Shown here: in pieces, positions 18,068-27,123 of the stretch | How positions within the stretch are numbered: the stretch's first letter is position 1 | How the letters are laid out: each line of letters starts with the position of its first letter | DNA from: Calditrichia bacterium | Lineage (GTDB): Bacteria > Calditrichota > Calditrichia > RBG-13-44-9 > J075 | Direction: 5' to 3' | DNA: 64,000 bases | Assembly (NCBI GenBank): GCA_050633245.1 | Contig: JBOEGD010000007.1 | Coordinates: 219,624 to 283,623 of the forward strand | The notes under the pieces: generated by a model | The model's input: only the letters and a program-made list of their open reading frames with translations | Database searches by the model: none | What the model was told of the DNA's origin: nothing | Translations under genes and position numbers: made by a program

Positions 18068-19249
18068 TTAAGCGTTGTCAAATTCCATTAAAAGTTTTGT
18101 AAAATCGATAAGTTCTTCTTTAATATTATAGAAGTGCGGAGAAACGCGAATCTTCCCATCCCGCATCGAAACAAACATATTTTTTTCCTGAAGAAAGGCC
18201 AATAATTTTTCTGCTTCATGATGATAAAAGGTAACGATCCCAGAGCGACTTGCGTCCGTTGCGGAGGAAAACAGCCGATAACCTGCATTCGCCAACCACT
18301 CGCTTAGCCACTGACTATGTGACAATACCTGAGCCTCAATTCTTGCAGGAGCTGCATCTTCCAGTAGCTGAAGAGCCGCATTCGCCCCAATCACACCCAA
18401 CACGTTAAAAATGCCGGGTTCAAATCTACCGGCATCCGGCAAAAGTTTATAGTCCTGCGTAAAGAATGTCCAGGGATCTTCTACGGAGAGCCAGCCAGTT
18501 GCCATGGGAGCGAGTTTGTCAAAGATTGTTGGAGAGACATAAAAGAAGGACGTACCCCGAGGCCAAAGTAACCACTTTTGACCGCCACAAGCAAGAAAGT
18601 CTATTTTCATTTTTTGAACATCAAGCTGAAGTGCTCCCAGGCCTTGAATAGCATCTACGCAAAAGATCACTCCATGTTTCTGACAGATCCGACCGATTTC
18701 TGCCAGGTTGCTGCGAAAGCCGTTGAGAAACTGAACAAAACTGAGAGACAATACCGTGGTTTCGGGACGGATAGCAGCCTCAACTGCTTCAGGAGTGAGC
18801 ACACCGTTTTCGGCAGAGATAAAATCTATTTCAACACCCTTCTCGCGCAGTGCAAGAAAAGGGTTGACGTTTGAGGGGAACTCAAGATCGTTCAGGAGAA
18901 TGCGATCACCCTTTTTCCAGGTCAATCCCTGCGTAAGCCAATTGAGCGCCATTGACGTGCTATCGCTAACAGCAATTGAAGAGGCGGATGCGTTTATTAA
19001 CCGCCCCACTCTGTTCTTAAACTCTTCTCTTGCTTCGAGAGCATCCGGCCAATATTCTATCTCTCCGGTTGAACGCTGATACAGGCAGTCATTAACCGCC
19101 TGAATGACCGTTGTTGGCAAGGGTCCGGTAGCTGCATGATTGATGTAAGTCTTATTTTTCAGATATGGAAAAAGCGAGCGAAAGGAAGAAAGTTCGGCCT
19201 CGGTAAAGATGTCCTGCGTGGAATCTATCTTATGAGTTTCTGTGTACAT
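18068..19249 (-). CDS. PLP-dependent aminotransferase class V family protein
   Basis: YINHAATGP, EFPSN, VDAIQGLG, GGQKWLL (PLP Lys) and IRVSPHFYN. Confidence 0.9.
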   Translation of the reverse strand: MYTETHKIDSTQDIFTEAELSSFRSLFPYLKNKTYINHAATGPLPTTVIQAVNDCLYQRSTGEIEYWPDALEAREEFKNRVGRLINASASSIAVSDSTSMALNWLTQGLTWKKGDRILLNDLEFPSNVNPFLALREKGVEIDFISAENGVLTPEAVEAAIRPETTVLSLSFVQFLNGFRSNLAEIGRICQKHGVIFCVDAIQGLGALQLDVQKMKIDFLACGGQKWLLWPRGTSFFYVSPTIFDKLAPMATGWLSVEDPWTFFTQDYKLLPDAGRFEPGIFNVLGVIGANAALQLLEDAAPARIEAQVLSHSQWLSEWLANAGYRLFSSATDASRSGIVTFYHHEAEKLLAFLQEKNMFVSMRDGKIRVSPHFYNIKEELIDFTKLLMEFDNA

Positions 19250-19322
19250 ATCGCATCCCGTCGGTTTAGATCACCAATCTCATCCGTGGATCGGCAGTAG
19301 TTTCTTTTCATGAAGGCATCTG

Positions 19323-20921
19323 CTAATTGGTGTGATGAGATGCCAGAACATCGTCAAATTCGTTCACAAGCTTTCCGAATTGATCTCTGGTAAAGAATTT
19401 TACTTCGTGCAGCATGTTGTCTGGTTCCGGCTGAATCGGCAAGCGCCAGTTGACTCCTTTGGAGGCACCAACGACCGATTTAAGACGCCGGGAAGATTCA
19501 TCAATAAACATGCTCATATCAATGCGCACTTCAAATCCATCTATGTCTACAACAACGGCAATGTTATCGTTAAGTAAATGTTTCGGCGTAAAAACGACCG
19601 GGTAATCAAGCTGTTCTTTAAACGAAAAATAAATATGCAGGGCAAAAATCCATACCGGATAAGCAGCTTCCAGGTCTTCCAGATTAAATGGAGGAAGCTG
19701 ATTTTTACGCTGCCGTTCTGAATAAATCAATTTCCATAGTTCGTTCGGATTTATCACTTCATTGTGTACCGCGAGCCAGCTAAGAAACATTTCCAGAGTA
19801 TACACCGGCAGCTTGCGAAAAGTCTGATCAGTAATGTCCGATCGCACCATATTCAACTCTTCAACCTGCGTCATAAACTCCTGAAAATTTAGCTGGGTAA
19901 GCGCAAGCCAGTCTTCACTGTCGTGAATGCTTCGCAAATAATGAAACAACTCCTGTTGATTACTTTGATCACGCAGCACTGCTTTTATCAAATTTTTCCA
20001 CTGGTCGATTTCGCCTGACATCAGGAAATAGTTCTCCAGAAGTTGTCTGATCTCCATATCGGTTGAGTCTTGTCGGAACAATTCTTTCAACAGTTCAAGG
20101 CTTTTCTCTACCCGACCCATTTGCAGAATAATTAGCGCAATTCGCTTGCGCCAATAGTAGTTGGGCTTACGGCCGATCTCCTGCTGGATTGCTCTCAGAG
20201 ATTCTTTATATTTATCACGAGCTATCAAATAGTCCACTTCAACGTCAAGTAGTTCATCCGTTGCAATTTCGACATGCCCGGGTAGCGACATCTTTAAGAT
20301 TTCGTAAACATCTCTGGGAGATCGCTGGCTATTTTCAATGGAAAACTGTAGATAACGCTTCAGTAAACGACTATCATCGGAGTTTGCCAGCAGTGCATCG
20401 CGCATTTTATTAAATGCCTCTGGCTTACGTCCCAGCTTTAAAAGCGCTTCAGCCTGTAGTTCGGCAAAAAGGTTTGGCCGTTTTAGCAACTGCTGATAAT
20501 GGCGGATTTGCCCAAGGGCGGCATTCGCCAGACCCTCAACGATCAGCAACGGAATAAAACGCGCCAACACATAGGTGTCCTTATCGCTTCCGGTAAGCGC
20601 ACGTTCGTATTCTCGCAGTGCTTGCTTGGGTTGATTACACTGCTCAAATATTTTTCCGCGAAGGTAATAAGGAAAGGAAAGCTTGGCATTACTGCGAATC
20701 AGTCGATTAACAATAATCAGCGCTTTCTCCATCATGTCCAGCTTTAGATAAAGACTGGATAGTTGTCTGAGTAAAAACGGGTTGTCCGGAAGTTTCTCGA
20801 GTGCAACCAGCAGCGTTTCCTCAGCCTTTTTGTAGAGCTGTTGCTCCTGAAATTCCCTCGAAAGGTTAAGGTAGTTTTCCGCGACAGTCCTTTGAGCTGG
20901 CTGTATTGAAACCGTATTCAT
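19323..20921 (-). CDS. Tetratricopeptide-repeat protein with an uncharacterised C-terminal domain
   Basis: TPR-like helices (AEETLLVALEKLPDNPFLL; PYYLRGKIFEQ..ALREYERAL). Start placed at ATG 20921. Confidence 0.7.
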   Translation of the reverse strand: MNTVSIQPAQRTVAENYLNLSREFQEQQLYKKAEETLLVALEKLPDNPFLLRQLSSLYLKLDMMEKALIIVNRLIRSNAKLSFPYYLRGKIFEQCNQPKQALREYERALTGSDKDTYVLARFIPLLIVEGLANAALGQIRHYQQLLKRPNLFAELQAEALLKLGRKPEAFNKMRDALLANSDDSRLLKRYLQFSIENSQRSPRDVYEILKMSLPGHVEIATDELLDVEVDYLIARDKYKESLRAIQQEIGRKPNYYWRKRIALIILQMGRVEKSLELLKELFRQDSTDMEIRQLLENYFLMSGEIDQWKNLIKAVLRDQSNQQELFHYLRSIHDSEDWLALTQLNFQEFMTQVEELNMVRSDITDQTFRKLPVYTLEMFLSWLAVHNEVINPNELWKLIYSERQRKNQLPPFNLEDLEAAYPVWIFALHIYFSFKEQLDYPVVFTPKHLLNDNIAVVVDIDGFEVRIDMSMFIDESSRRLKSVVGASKGVNWRLPIQPEPDNMLHEVKFFTRDQFGKLVNEFDDVLASHHTN

Positions 20922-21228
20922 AATCCCCTGACGTCCCTGGAGTAAAATTCGTGGCAATGAAAGAAGAACTCTCAATCCGCGTGGCAATGTATTGCAAGGA
21001 AGGTAGAGGTTTTTAGTAATCTGGTCTTGATCTTTGACTCAACAATTGAAATGCAAAAAATAAATGAGGAGATTTTACAGCATTCATGGAAAAACGGCGG
21101 GGTTGATATCGAAAGGACAATCTGCAGAGGGCATACATTTCACTGTCATGTAGATCATTTTAAAATCTTCCCTGCCCTACTATTATCCATTTTTGTCTGG
21201 GATGTGGCGCTCGTGCTTTCTCAGTATG

Positions 21229-22062
21229 TTACACCATCAGCTGCGTCATAAAAAACCAGCACCATAGAAATGGACTCACAAATATTAGTGAATCAAAGCG
21301 ATCGAGAAGGCCTCCGTGTCCCGGAAGCAATGAAGAACTGTCCTTCACACCGGCATCGCGTTTAAAACGCGATTCAACAAGGTCTCCCATTTGACCAAAC
21401 ACACCGGCAATTAAACCTGTTGCCAACAAATCGCCTAAAGGTAGCTGCGGCAAAAGCAGCATGCCAATTCCAACAGCAGTTGCAATTGCTCCGACAAGCC
21501 CGGAAACAGCTCCCTCGATAGTCTTTTTGGGGCTCACCGATGGTGCCAGTTTATGCTTACCAAATGCCTTACCGCAAAAGTAGGCCGCAATATCGCATAT
21601 CCAGATAGCCAAAAATGCCAGCAGAATAAGCTTTCCACCGGCATAACCACTTTGGATTGAAGGATACCACGCTTCGAAATTCAAGCGCAAATGCAAGAGT
21701 GCTCCTAAAAAAACCGCTATGTAAAGAACACCGCTAACCGTAATGGCAGCATTAAGGCTTGCTATGGCTTCTTGTTTACGAATGGAAAGGAGTAGTAAAA
21801 TTGCAAAGCCAAGTAGCAAGACGACAGGTAACCAGATCAAGTTTAGTGCGATGGTCGCCAGAACGGCAGCGCCGATCACCACGCCGGGAACACGATAGGC
21901 GAACAGCTCTTTTTGCCGAAACATGGTATAGAATTCCCAAAGTGATACCATGCCGATAACCAGGGCCAGCAGCAGGAAATAATTGCCACCGCTTATAATT
22001 AGGAAAATGACCAGTGGTGCACCGATAACAGCAACCAGAATTCGTTTTATTAGTTCGTTCAC
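21229..22062 (-). CDS. cdsA: Phosphatidate cytidylyltransferase
   Basis: WICDIAAYFCGKAFGKHKLAPSVSPKKTIEG and GDLVESRFKRDAGVKDSSSLLPGHGGLLDRFDS. Probable GTG start at 22062. Confidence 0.96.
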   Translation of the reverse strand: MNELIKRILVAVIGAPLVIFLIISGGNYFLLLALVIGMVSLWEFYTMFRQKELFAYRVPGVVIGAAVLATIALNLIWLPVVLLLGFAILLLLSIRKQEAIASLNAAITVSGVLYIAVFLGALLHLRLNFEAWYPSIQSGYAGGKLILLAFLAIWICDIAAYFCGKAFGKHKLAPSVSPKKTIEGAVSGLVGAIATAVGIGMLLLPQLPLGDLLATGLIAGVFGQMGDLVESRFKRDAGVKDSSSLLPGHGGLLDRFDSLIFVSPFLWCWFFMTQLMV

Positions 22063-22170
22063 AGTATTCACCTCAGCTTGTACAGTTCCAAAGACAGGAA
22101 GCAATATACGCTTTTCCGGGCAAACTCGATAGAGGGGGGAGAAAAAAAGGAGGGAGAATTGTGAGGCTAT

Positions 22171-22923
22171 CTAATCAATTTGGCGACGCAAGGCTTCAAA
22201 ACGTGTATAAACGCCTTCGAGGCGATCAATGACACGGCCGAAGCTGCGCTCTTCAATTGCCTGATCCAGTTCACTCACGGATTGACGAATCAGATCGAGA
22301 TTGTAGTATTCCATTGCGGTATGTAGCTTAACACACTGACCGCGTAAGGCGGAATAGTCTGCATCAATTAAATAACGAATAAACTGCACGTACACGGCGT
22401 CAAAGTGCCAGATAAAACTGGTTTTCATACGCTGCTTCAGCTTATCGTCTATATTCAAAGTGCTAATGGTATCAAAAACCGTTTCGGTCAGCGAATGTTT
22501 TTCGCTGCGATCTTTAAGTACAAATTCGATCTTGCGGCGGGCATCTTCAAGCAAAAAAGGCTTGGTAATAAAATCGTCAGCACCATATTCGATGGCCTCA
22601 ATAAGCGTCTCAACATCTGTTCGTGACGTTACAATTACAACAGCAACATCATTCAGGTGTGGAATTTGACGCAGCTCCTCAAGCGCCATCAAACCATCCA
22701 TGTCTGGCAACACCAGATCGAGTAAAATAGCATCCGGGCGATTGTCGTAGAGATAGCGAATGGCATCGGAGGCAGTTTCGGCTACTATTGTATCGTGGCC
22801 TGCAGCAGTTAAAACCTGCCGAAAAGACTCGCGAACGACAGCGTCGTCATCGACGACCAGGATCGAAGCTCTCTCCTCTGATGTCGTTGCACCAGAGAGA
22901 GAATCATTGTTACTAAAAGTCAT
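22171..22923 (-). CDS. Response regulator with a C-terminal degenerate Hpt-like helical domain
   Basis: Receiver LVVDDD..LLDLVLPDMDG..ITKPF. C-terminal DYSALRGQCVKLHTAMEYYNL..SELDQAI resembles an Hpt fold. Confidence 0.8.
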   Translation of the reverse strand: MTFSNNDSLSGATTSEERASILVVDDDAVVRESFRQVLTAAGHDTIVAETASDAIRYLYDNRPDAILLDLVLPDMDGLMALEELRQIPHLNDVAVVIVTSRTDVETLIEAIEYGADDFITKPFLLEDARRKIEFVLKDRSEKHSLTETVFDTISTLNIDDKLKQRMKTSFIWHFDAVYVQFIRYLIDADYSALRGQCVKLHTAMEYYNLDLIRQSVSELDQAIEERSFGRVIDRLEGVYTRFEALRRQID

Positions 22924-22934
22924 TACGGCACCTG

Positions 22935-23870
22935 TTACAGATAGCGATCGATAAATTCTTTCAATTCGAACACGCCATCTTCCAGCACGATTTTATCAGC
23001 CAGCTCGATCGGCACTTCTTCGAAATAAAAGTTATCTACCTGTAAATTATCCACCTTTTTATCCAGAAGCTCGGTTGATTCGTTCTGCGAAAAGCGAACA
23101 GGGTAGGTTCGTTTTAACAACACCTTGCTGGTTTCACCTGCAATATATAGCGGCTTGTTCATTTCTTTGGCCAGCACGGCAATTGAGTGGGTTCCGGTCT
23201 TGTTAATATAAGACGTTTCGGTAAAGCGATCGGTTCCGGTCAGCACAAAATTACACTCATGAACGGCTCGTGCCATATCTGAGTCCGGAATGAGACGTAC
23301 TTTAATACCCGCCTTCGCTAAGCGCATGGCCATTTCGGCACCTTCATTCAGCGGTCTGCTTTCGGTGCAGATAACGCGAAAACGCTTCTTCTGCTTTCTT
23401 GCTTCCATCAAGATCGACTCGACGACACTACTTGCAGAATGTGTAAGCACAACATGGTGATCCAGAATCAGACGGCAACCCCACTTGGTGATGACACCGA
23501 CATTTTCTTCTGCAAAACCACGGAGTCGCTTTATCTCTTCCAGTGTAGAAACGCGGATTGCAGTGATATCTTTCTGCTCTTTGGGAATATTCTGAATAAA
23601 GTCCAGAACGAAGCGGGTGCGGTTGTAAATGAGCGCCATCAGAGGCTTTGCGCGTACCAGCGCATTACTCAACTTGGAAAGGGCCTGAATTAATTCGGTG
23701 CGATTGCGATAGAGCTGCTTTTCAACAAACGCCTCAACAATATCTAATGCCCTGTTTGAGAGGTAAATTGAGCCGTGCCTGGAATCTGCCCGAATTGTTT
23801 CCACATCATCACGCCAGTATTCCATTTCGGACTGATGGTTATCTTTTTCTTTCTTAGCCGACATGTTCAT
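22935..23870 (-). CDS. eIF-2B alpha/beta/delta family protein (R15P isomerase/MtnA-like fold)
   Basis: IRADSRHGS, KPLMA, VLTHSASS, TESRPLNEG, GTDR..INKTGT..LAKEMNKPLY and NFYFEEVP. Confidence 0.88.
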   Translation of the reverse strand: MNMSAKKEKDNHQSEMEYWRDDVETIRADSRHGSIYLSNRALDIVEAFVEKQLYRNRTELIQALSKLSNALVRAKPLMALIYNRTRFVLDFIQNIPKEQKDITAIRVSTLEEIKRLRGFAEENVGVITKWGCRLILDHHVVLTHSASSVVESILMEARKQKKRFRVICTESRPLNEGAEMAMRLAKAGIKVRLIPDSDMARAVHECNFVLTGTDRFTETSYINKTGTHSIAVLAKEMNKPLYIAGETSKVLLKRTYPVRFSQNESTELLDKKVDNLQVDNFYFEEVPIELADKIVLEDGVFELKEFIDRYL

Positions 23871-24174
23871 CCATCCATTTTAAATAGGTTGATAACCCAC
23901 GCATAACAGGCAGTGCCAGGATTTCCGGAACGTCATATGGATGCAACTCCAAAAGACGTTTCTCAAGACTGTCATAGACCTCAGCGCTGGTTTTTATAAA
24001 TAATTGTATCTCTTCTTCTTCACAAATATTGCCTTGCCACATGTAAACAGATCGGATACCCGGCACTAAATTGCAGCATGCAGCAAGACGTTCAGTTACT
24101 AACACATTAGAGATCTGCTTTGCCGTATCGTGGTCAGGCACTGTGCAAAACACGAGTATTGGATTCGTTTTCAT
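23854..24174 (-). CDS. cutA: Divalent-cation tolerance protein CutA
   Basis: LVTERLAACCNLVPGIRSVYMWQG..HPYDVPEILALP. Start placed at ATG 24174. Confidence 0.95.
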   Translation of the reverse strand: MKTNPILVFCTVPDHDTAKQISNVLVTERLAACCNLVPGIRSVYMWQGNICEEEEIQLFIKTSAEVYDSLEKRLLELHPYDVPEILALPVMRGLSTYLKWMDEHVG

Positions 24175-24433
24175 GAGATAAAAAAGGTAATCCTTACTGG
24201 AAAGCAAAATCAAGCGCATTTTTAAGCATATTTGGTGAATATACGCAACAACTCGTGTTGAAATACTGTCTAAATCACGCTAATCGAGGAATTGATTTTA
24301 AATTTTGTAAAATTCACGCCCCAAATTCAGTAAATTCTCGCTCACAATTGTGCACTATCACGTTCTCGAGAAAAAGATGAACGTATGTTATTGAGCTAAT
24401 TGCAGAACGAAAATTTAGATACCGGGATGTACT

Positions 24434-25447
24434 TTGGAGAACATGCATTTAATCGTGAGTAATCGGCAGGGTGAACTTATACATCTGAAAGAACTTCAAC
24501 CTGCTGGAATGAAGCTGGTTAAACCCGTTGCACTTGAAAAGAAAGATTTTATTCCTCTTCCTGCAGGAACCGTCATTAAACCATTGTTTGGCCGGGTGCC
24601 AATGGGTTATGACCCTGATTTGCAAAAATCTATCCGCCTGCATGACTATCGCGGTGAGCGCGTTTTCCCGGTGTCAGCGATTTTGCCTGAGTCGGCATTA
24701 CAAAATTACCGAAGTGCATATACCCTGGAATTGGATGCCCGGCGTCTGGAACCGGCAAATTATACTGCTGTAGGGGGTAACGAAGACAAAATATTCTCTG
24801 CCGCACTCCAGCTTCCGGCCCCGTCGACAACACGTCTGGACATCTCGGTAGAGGAGAGCGTGCAGCAAAATGAAAAGATAGCTGTCCATCTGCAAGACGA
24901 TCCAGAGCATATCGTTGTATTTCACTCCCTGTCTGAACTCAGTTCGGAGCTTGGTTCGATCTTCGAGAAGCTCTTAAATAAGTTGGAGGAAGAGAAAGAC
25001 CAGTGCTATATGGTCTGCAGTGCAAAAGTTTTGGCTGAAAACCCGCAATGGAAAAAACGATTTAAGCGCATTTCCCTGACTGCAAACTCGCTACAACCTC
25101 AATTTTACAATCGTTTTCACAGCTCAACAAAAGAAGCTTTTGAAGTAATGTCAAAACAGTTGGAAATACTTGCTGCAGAATCGAAAGCAGCTCTTGCCTA
25201 TCAGACATTTCCAGGTCTTACCGACCATCCGATGGAAATGGCCGCTTTAACTAAAGCAATTGAGACGTATAACATCGATCACTTGCAGGTTAACAATATA
25301 GCCTGTGATCCCGATTGGTATGTTGAGGAGCTTGCTCTTTTTCGCCAGCATCGACAAATGCTCGGCATGCAAGAATGGTGGTCCGAGCTAAATTCGCTGG
25401 ATATAGAAATTCATACTGTTACGCAACATGTAAGTACAGGCGTCTAA
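24434..25447 (+). CDS. Degenerate radical-SAM-family homologue lacking CxxxCxxC
   Basis: FIPLPAG..GRVPMGYDP..YTAVG at the N-terminus and NSL..FYNR..FPGLTDHP.E..LQVNNIACDPDWY at the C-terminus resemble a conserved uncharacterised radical SAM family (from memory). No cluster-binding motif. Confidence 0.65.
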   Translation: MENMHLIVSNRQGELIHLKELQPAGMKLVKPVALEKKDFIPLPAGTVIKPLFGRVPMGYDPDLQKSIRLHDYRGERVFPVSAILPESALQNYRSAYTLELDARRLEPANYTAVGGNEDKIFSAALQLPAPSTTRLDISVEESVQQNEKIAVHLQDDPEHIVVFHSLSELSSELGSIFEKLLNKLEEEKDQCYMVCSAKVLAENPQWKKRFKRISLTANSLQPQFYNRFHSSTKEAFEVMSKQLEILAAESKAALAYQTFPGLTDHPMEMAALTKAIETYNIDHLQVNNIACDPDWYVEELALFRQHRQMLGMQEWWSELNSLDIEIHTVTQHVSTGV

Positions 25448-26646
25448 TTCAGCTCGACCCCGACCATAGACATATCATCTCGGCTGACCACGCTGGCAGC
25501 ATTGGATTCAGCCACCCCAAATACCTTTTCGAGCACATCACTCATCGAGCGACTATGCACCTCTTCAATGCAGTCAATTAGTCGCGACGGATATATTGCT
25601 GAATTCTTATCCGCGTAAGCTCGCGTAACGCTATCAGAATAGATGTATATTCTTTCGCCATACTGAAGCTTTAGTTCCTGTGTAACATATTGTGCCTCTG
25701 GAAGTAATCCAACCGGCAGACCACCTTCTTTTACAAAAGCAGCCTCCCCATCAACATTGACCTTTACACAGGCAGGATATCCGGCAACGGTGAACCTTAA
25801 GATGCGTGACTTACGATTATAGACACCATAAAAGAGTGAAAAGAATTGCGGATTCTCGAAATCGTTCTGAAACTGTCGGTTTAACAAATCGATTACTTCA
25901 TTTGGCGTTCGCAAGTTATGCGCATCATCCGAAGAAGGCTTAAAAAGCGTATATCCGCCAAGTGACGGAGTCAGCATACGCGTTAGGCTTACAGACAACA
26001 ATGCAGCAGCCAACCCCTGGCCACTAACGTCGATGAGGTAAATACCAACATTCTCGTCATTCAGCTCAATCATGTTCAGCATATCACCAGATAACTCTCT
26101 CGAAGGACGCAGCTTCCACGCCAGGGAAAGGCCTTCGAAGGGCAATAATTTCTTTGGCAACAGAGACTGCTGGATTTGTGACGCGGCAACAAGCATTTGA
26201 CGCATTCGGTCGTTCACCCGCGTCAAATGTTGGTTGTCCTTATGCACCTCGGAGTTGGTAGCAAAAAGTATTTCTTCGTTGCGAATAATGCGTTCACCGG
26301 CACGAATCCGTGCACGCAACTCAGCTGGGTAGCACGGCTTACGCAAAAAGTCGTCCACACCGCTTTCTATTGCCTCAACCATTTCACTTTTCTTCTCGAC
26401 AGAGCTTAACATAATAATATAAACATAGCCGGAGCGAGGCACTTCGCGAATTTTCTTTACCAGATCAAGACCATTCATCTCGGGCATTAACCAATCCACT
26501 ATAACAATAGAGAAGGAATCCTGACAGAAAGATTTAAAGCCAGACAGCCCGTCGCGGCGCCACTCCGTTTCATACCCCCACTTGATAAGGCAACTTTTCA
26601 GGAATACACCAGTATTCTTTTCATCTTCAATTAGCAATACTTTCAT
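25444..26646 (-). CDS. Receiver + SpoIIE/PP2C phosphatase (RsbU/RsbP-like)
   Basis: Receiver LIEDE..VDWLMPEMNG, a coiled coil, then ASQIQQSLLP, LSGDML, DVSGQG, GLPVGL, YSDSVT and DDMS. Confidence 0.92.
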   Translation of the reverse strand: MKVLLIEDEKNTGVFLKSCLIKWGYETEWRRDGLSGFKSFCQDSFSIVIVDWLMPEMNGLDLVKKIREVPRSGYVYIIMLSSVEKKSEMVEAIESGVDDFLRKPCYPAELRARIRAGERIIRNEEILFATNSEVHKDNQHLTRVNDRMRQMLVAASQIQQSLLPKKLLPFEGLSLAWKLRPSRELSGDMLNMIELNDENVGIYLIDVSGQGLAAALLSVSLTRMLTPSLGGYTLFKPSSDDAHNLRTPNEVIDLLNRQFQNDFENPQFFSLFYGVYNRKSRILRFTVAGYPACVKVNVDGEAAFVKEGGLPVGLLPEAQYVTQELKLQYGERIYIYSDSVTRAYADKNSAIYPSRLIDCIEEVHSRSMSDVLEKVFGVAESNAASVVSRDDMSMVGVELN

Positions 26647-26799
26647 CGCACCACGCCTCCATTCTTTTCACCCTTTTTATCATCGAATCCTTTGCCGAAA
26701 AAATAAAAAGATTCTTCAATAAGTGGCTGAAAGCTCCGACAACGTAATTAGAAAAGAATAAGAAGTTGTGCAAATAGCTTGATAAAAAAAGGATAAGAT

Positions 26800-27123
26800 A
26801 TGACGGAGAAGCGGGAAATTCAGCTTGTAGAGCTCGATGGATCTCTTGAAGTAGGAAATGCACCAGAATTGCGTCATCAACTGCAAACAGAAGTAGAATC
26901 TGGTTCGGAGTGGGTAATCATCGATCTCAGCAGAGTAACGTTTATCGATAGCTCCTGCTTGGGCATTCTGGTAGTTGCATACAAAACAACACGTCGGAAG
27001 GGTGGAGTAATCAAATTTGCGAACCCTTCTTCGCAGGTAAGACAAATATTTGACCTCACAAGATTAAGCCAGCATGTTGAAATTTACGATTCCCTGGCCG
27101 AATGCGAAGAGAGCTTCGTCTGA
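26800..27123 (+). CDS. STAS-domain anti-sigma factor antagonist (RsbV/SpoIIAA-like)
   Basis: LDGSLE..IIDLSRVTFIDSSCLGILV..VRQIFDLTRL; phospho-Ser motif DSS is present. Confidence 0.93.
   Translation: MTEKREIQLVELDGSLEVGNAPELRHQLQTEVESGSEWVIIDLSRVTFIDSSCLGILVVAYKTTRRKGGVIKFANPSSQVRQIFDLTRLSQHVEIYDSLAECEESFV

Noticed and set aside
18068-19249. Calling this gene a cysteine desulfurase (sufS/iscS)
   Set aside because: The catalytic Cys loop (RxGHHC or SSGSAC) is absent; only the class V PLP fold is supported.
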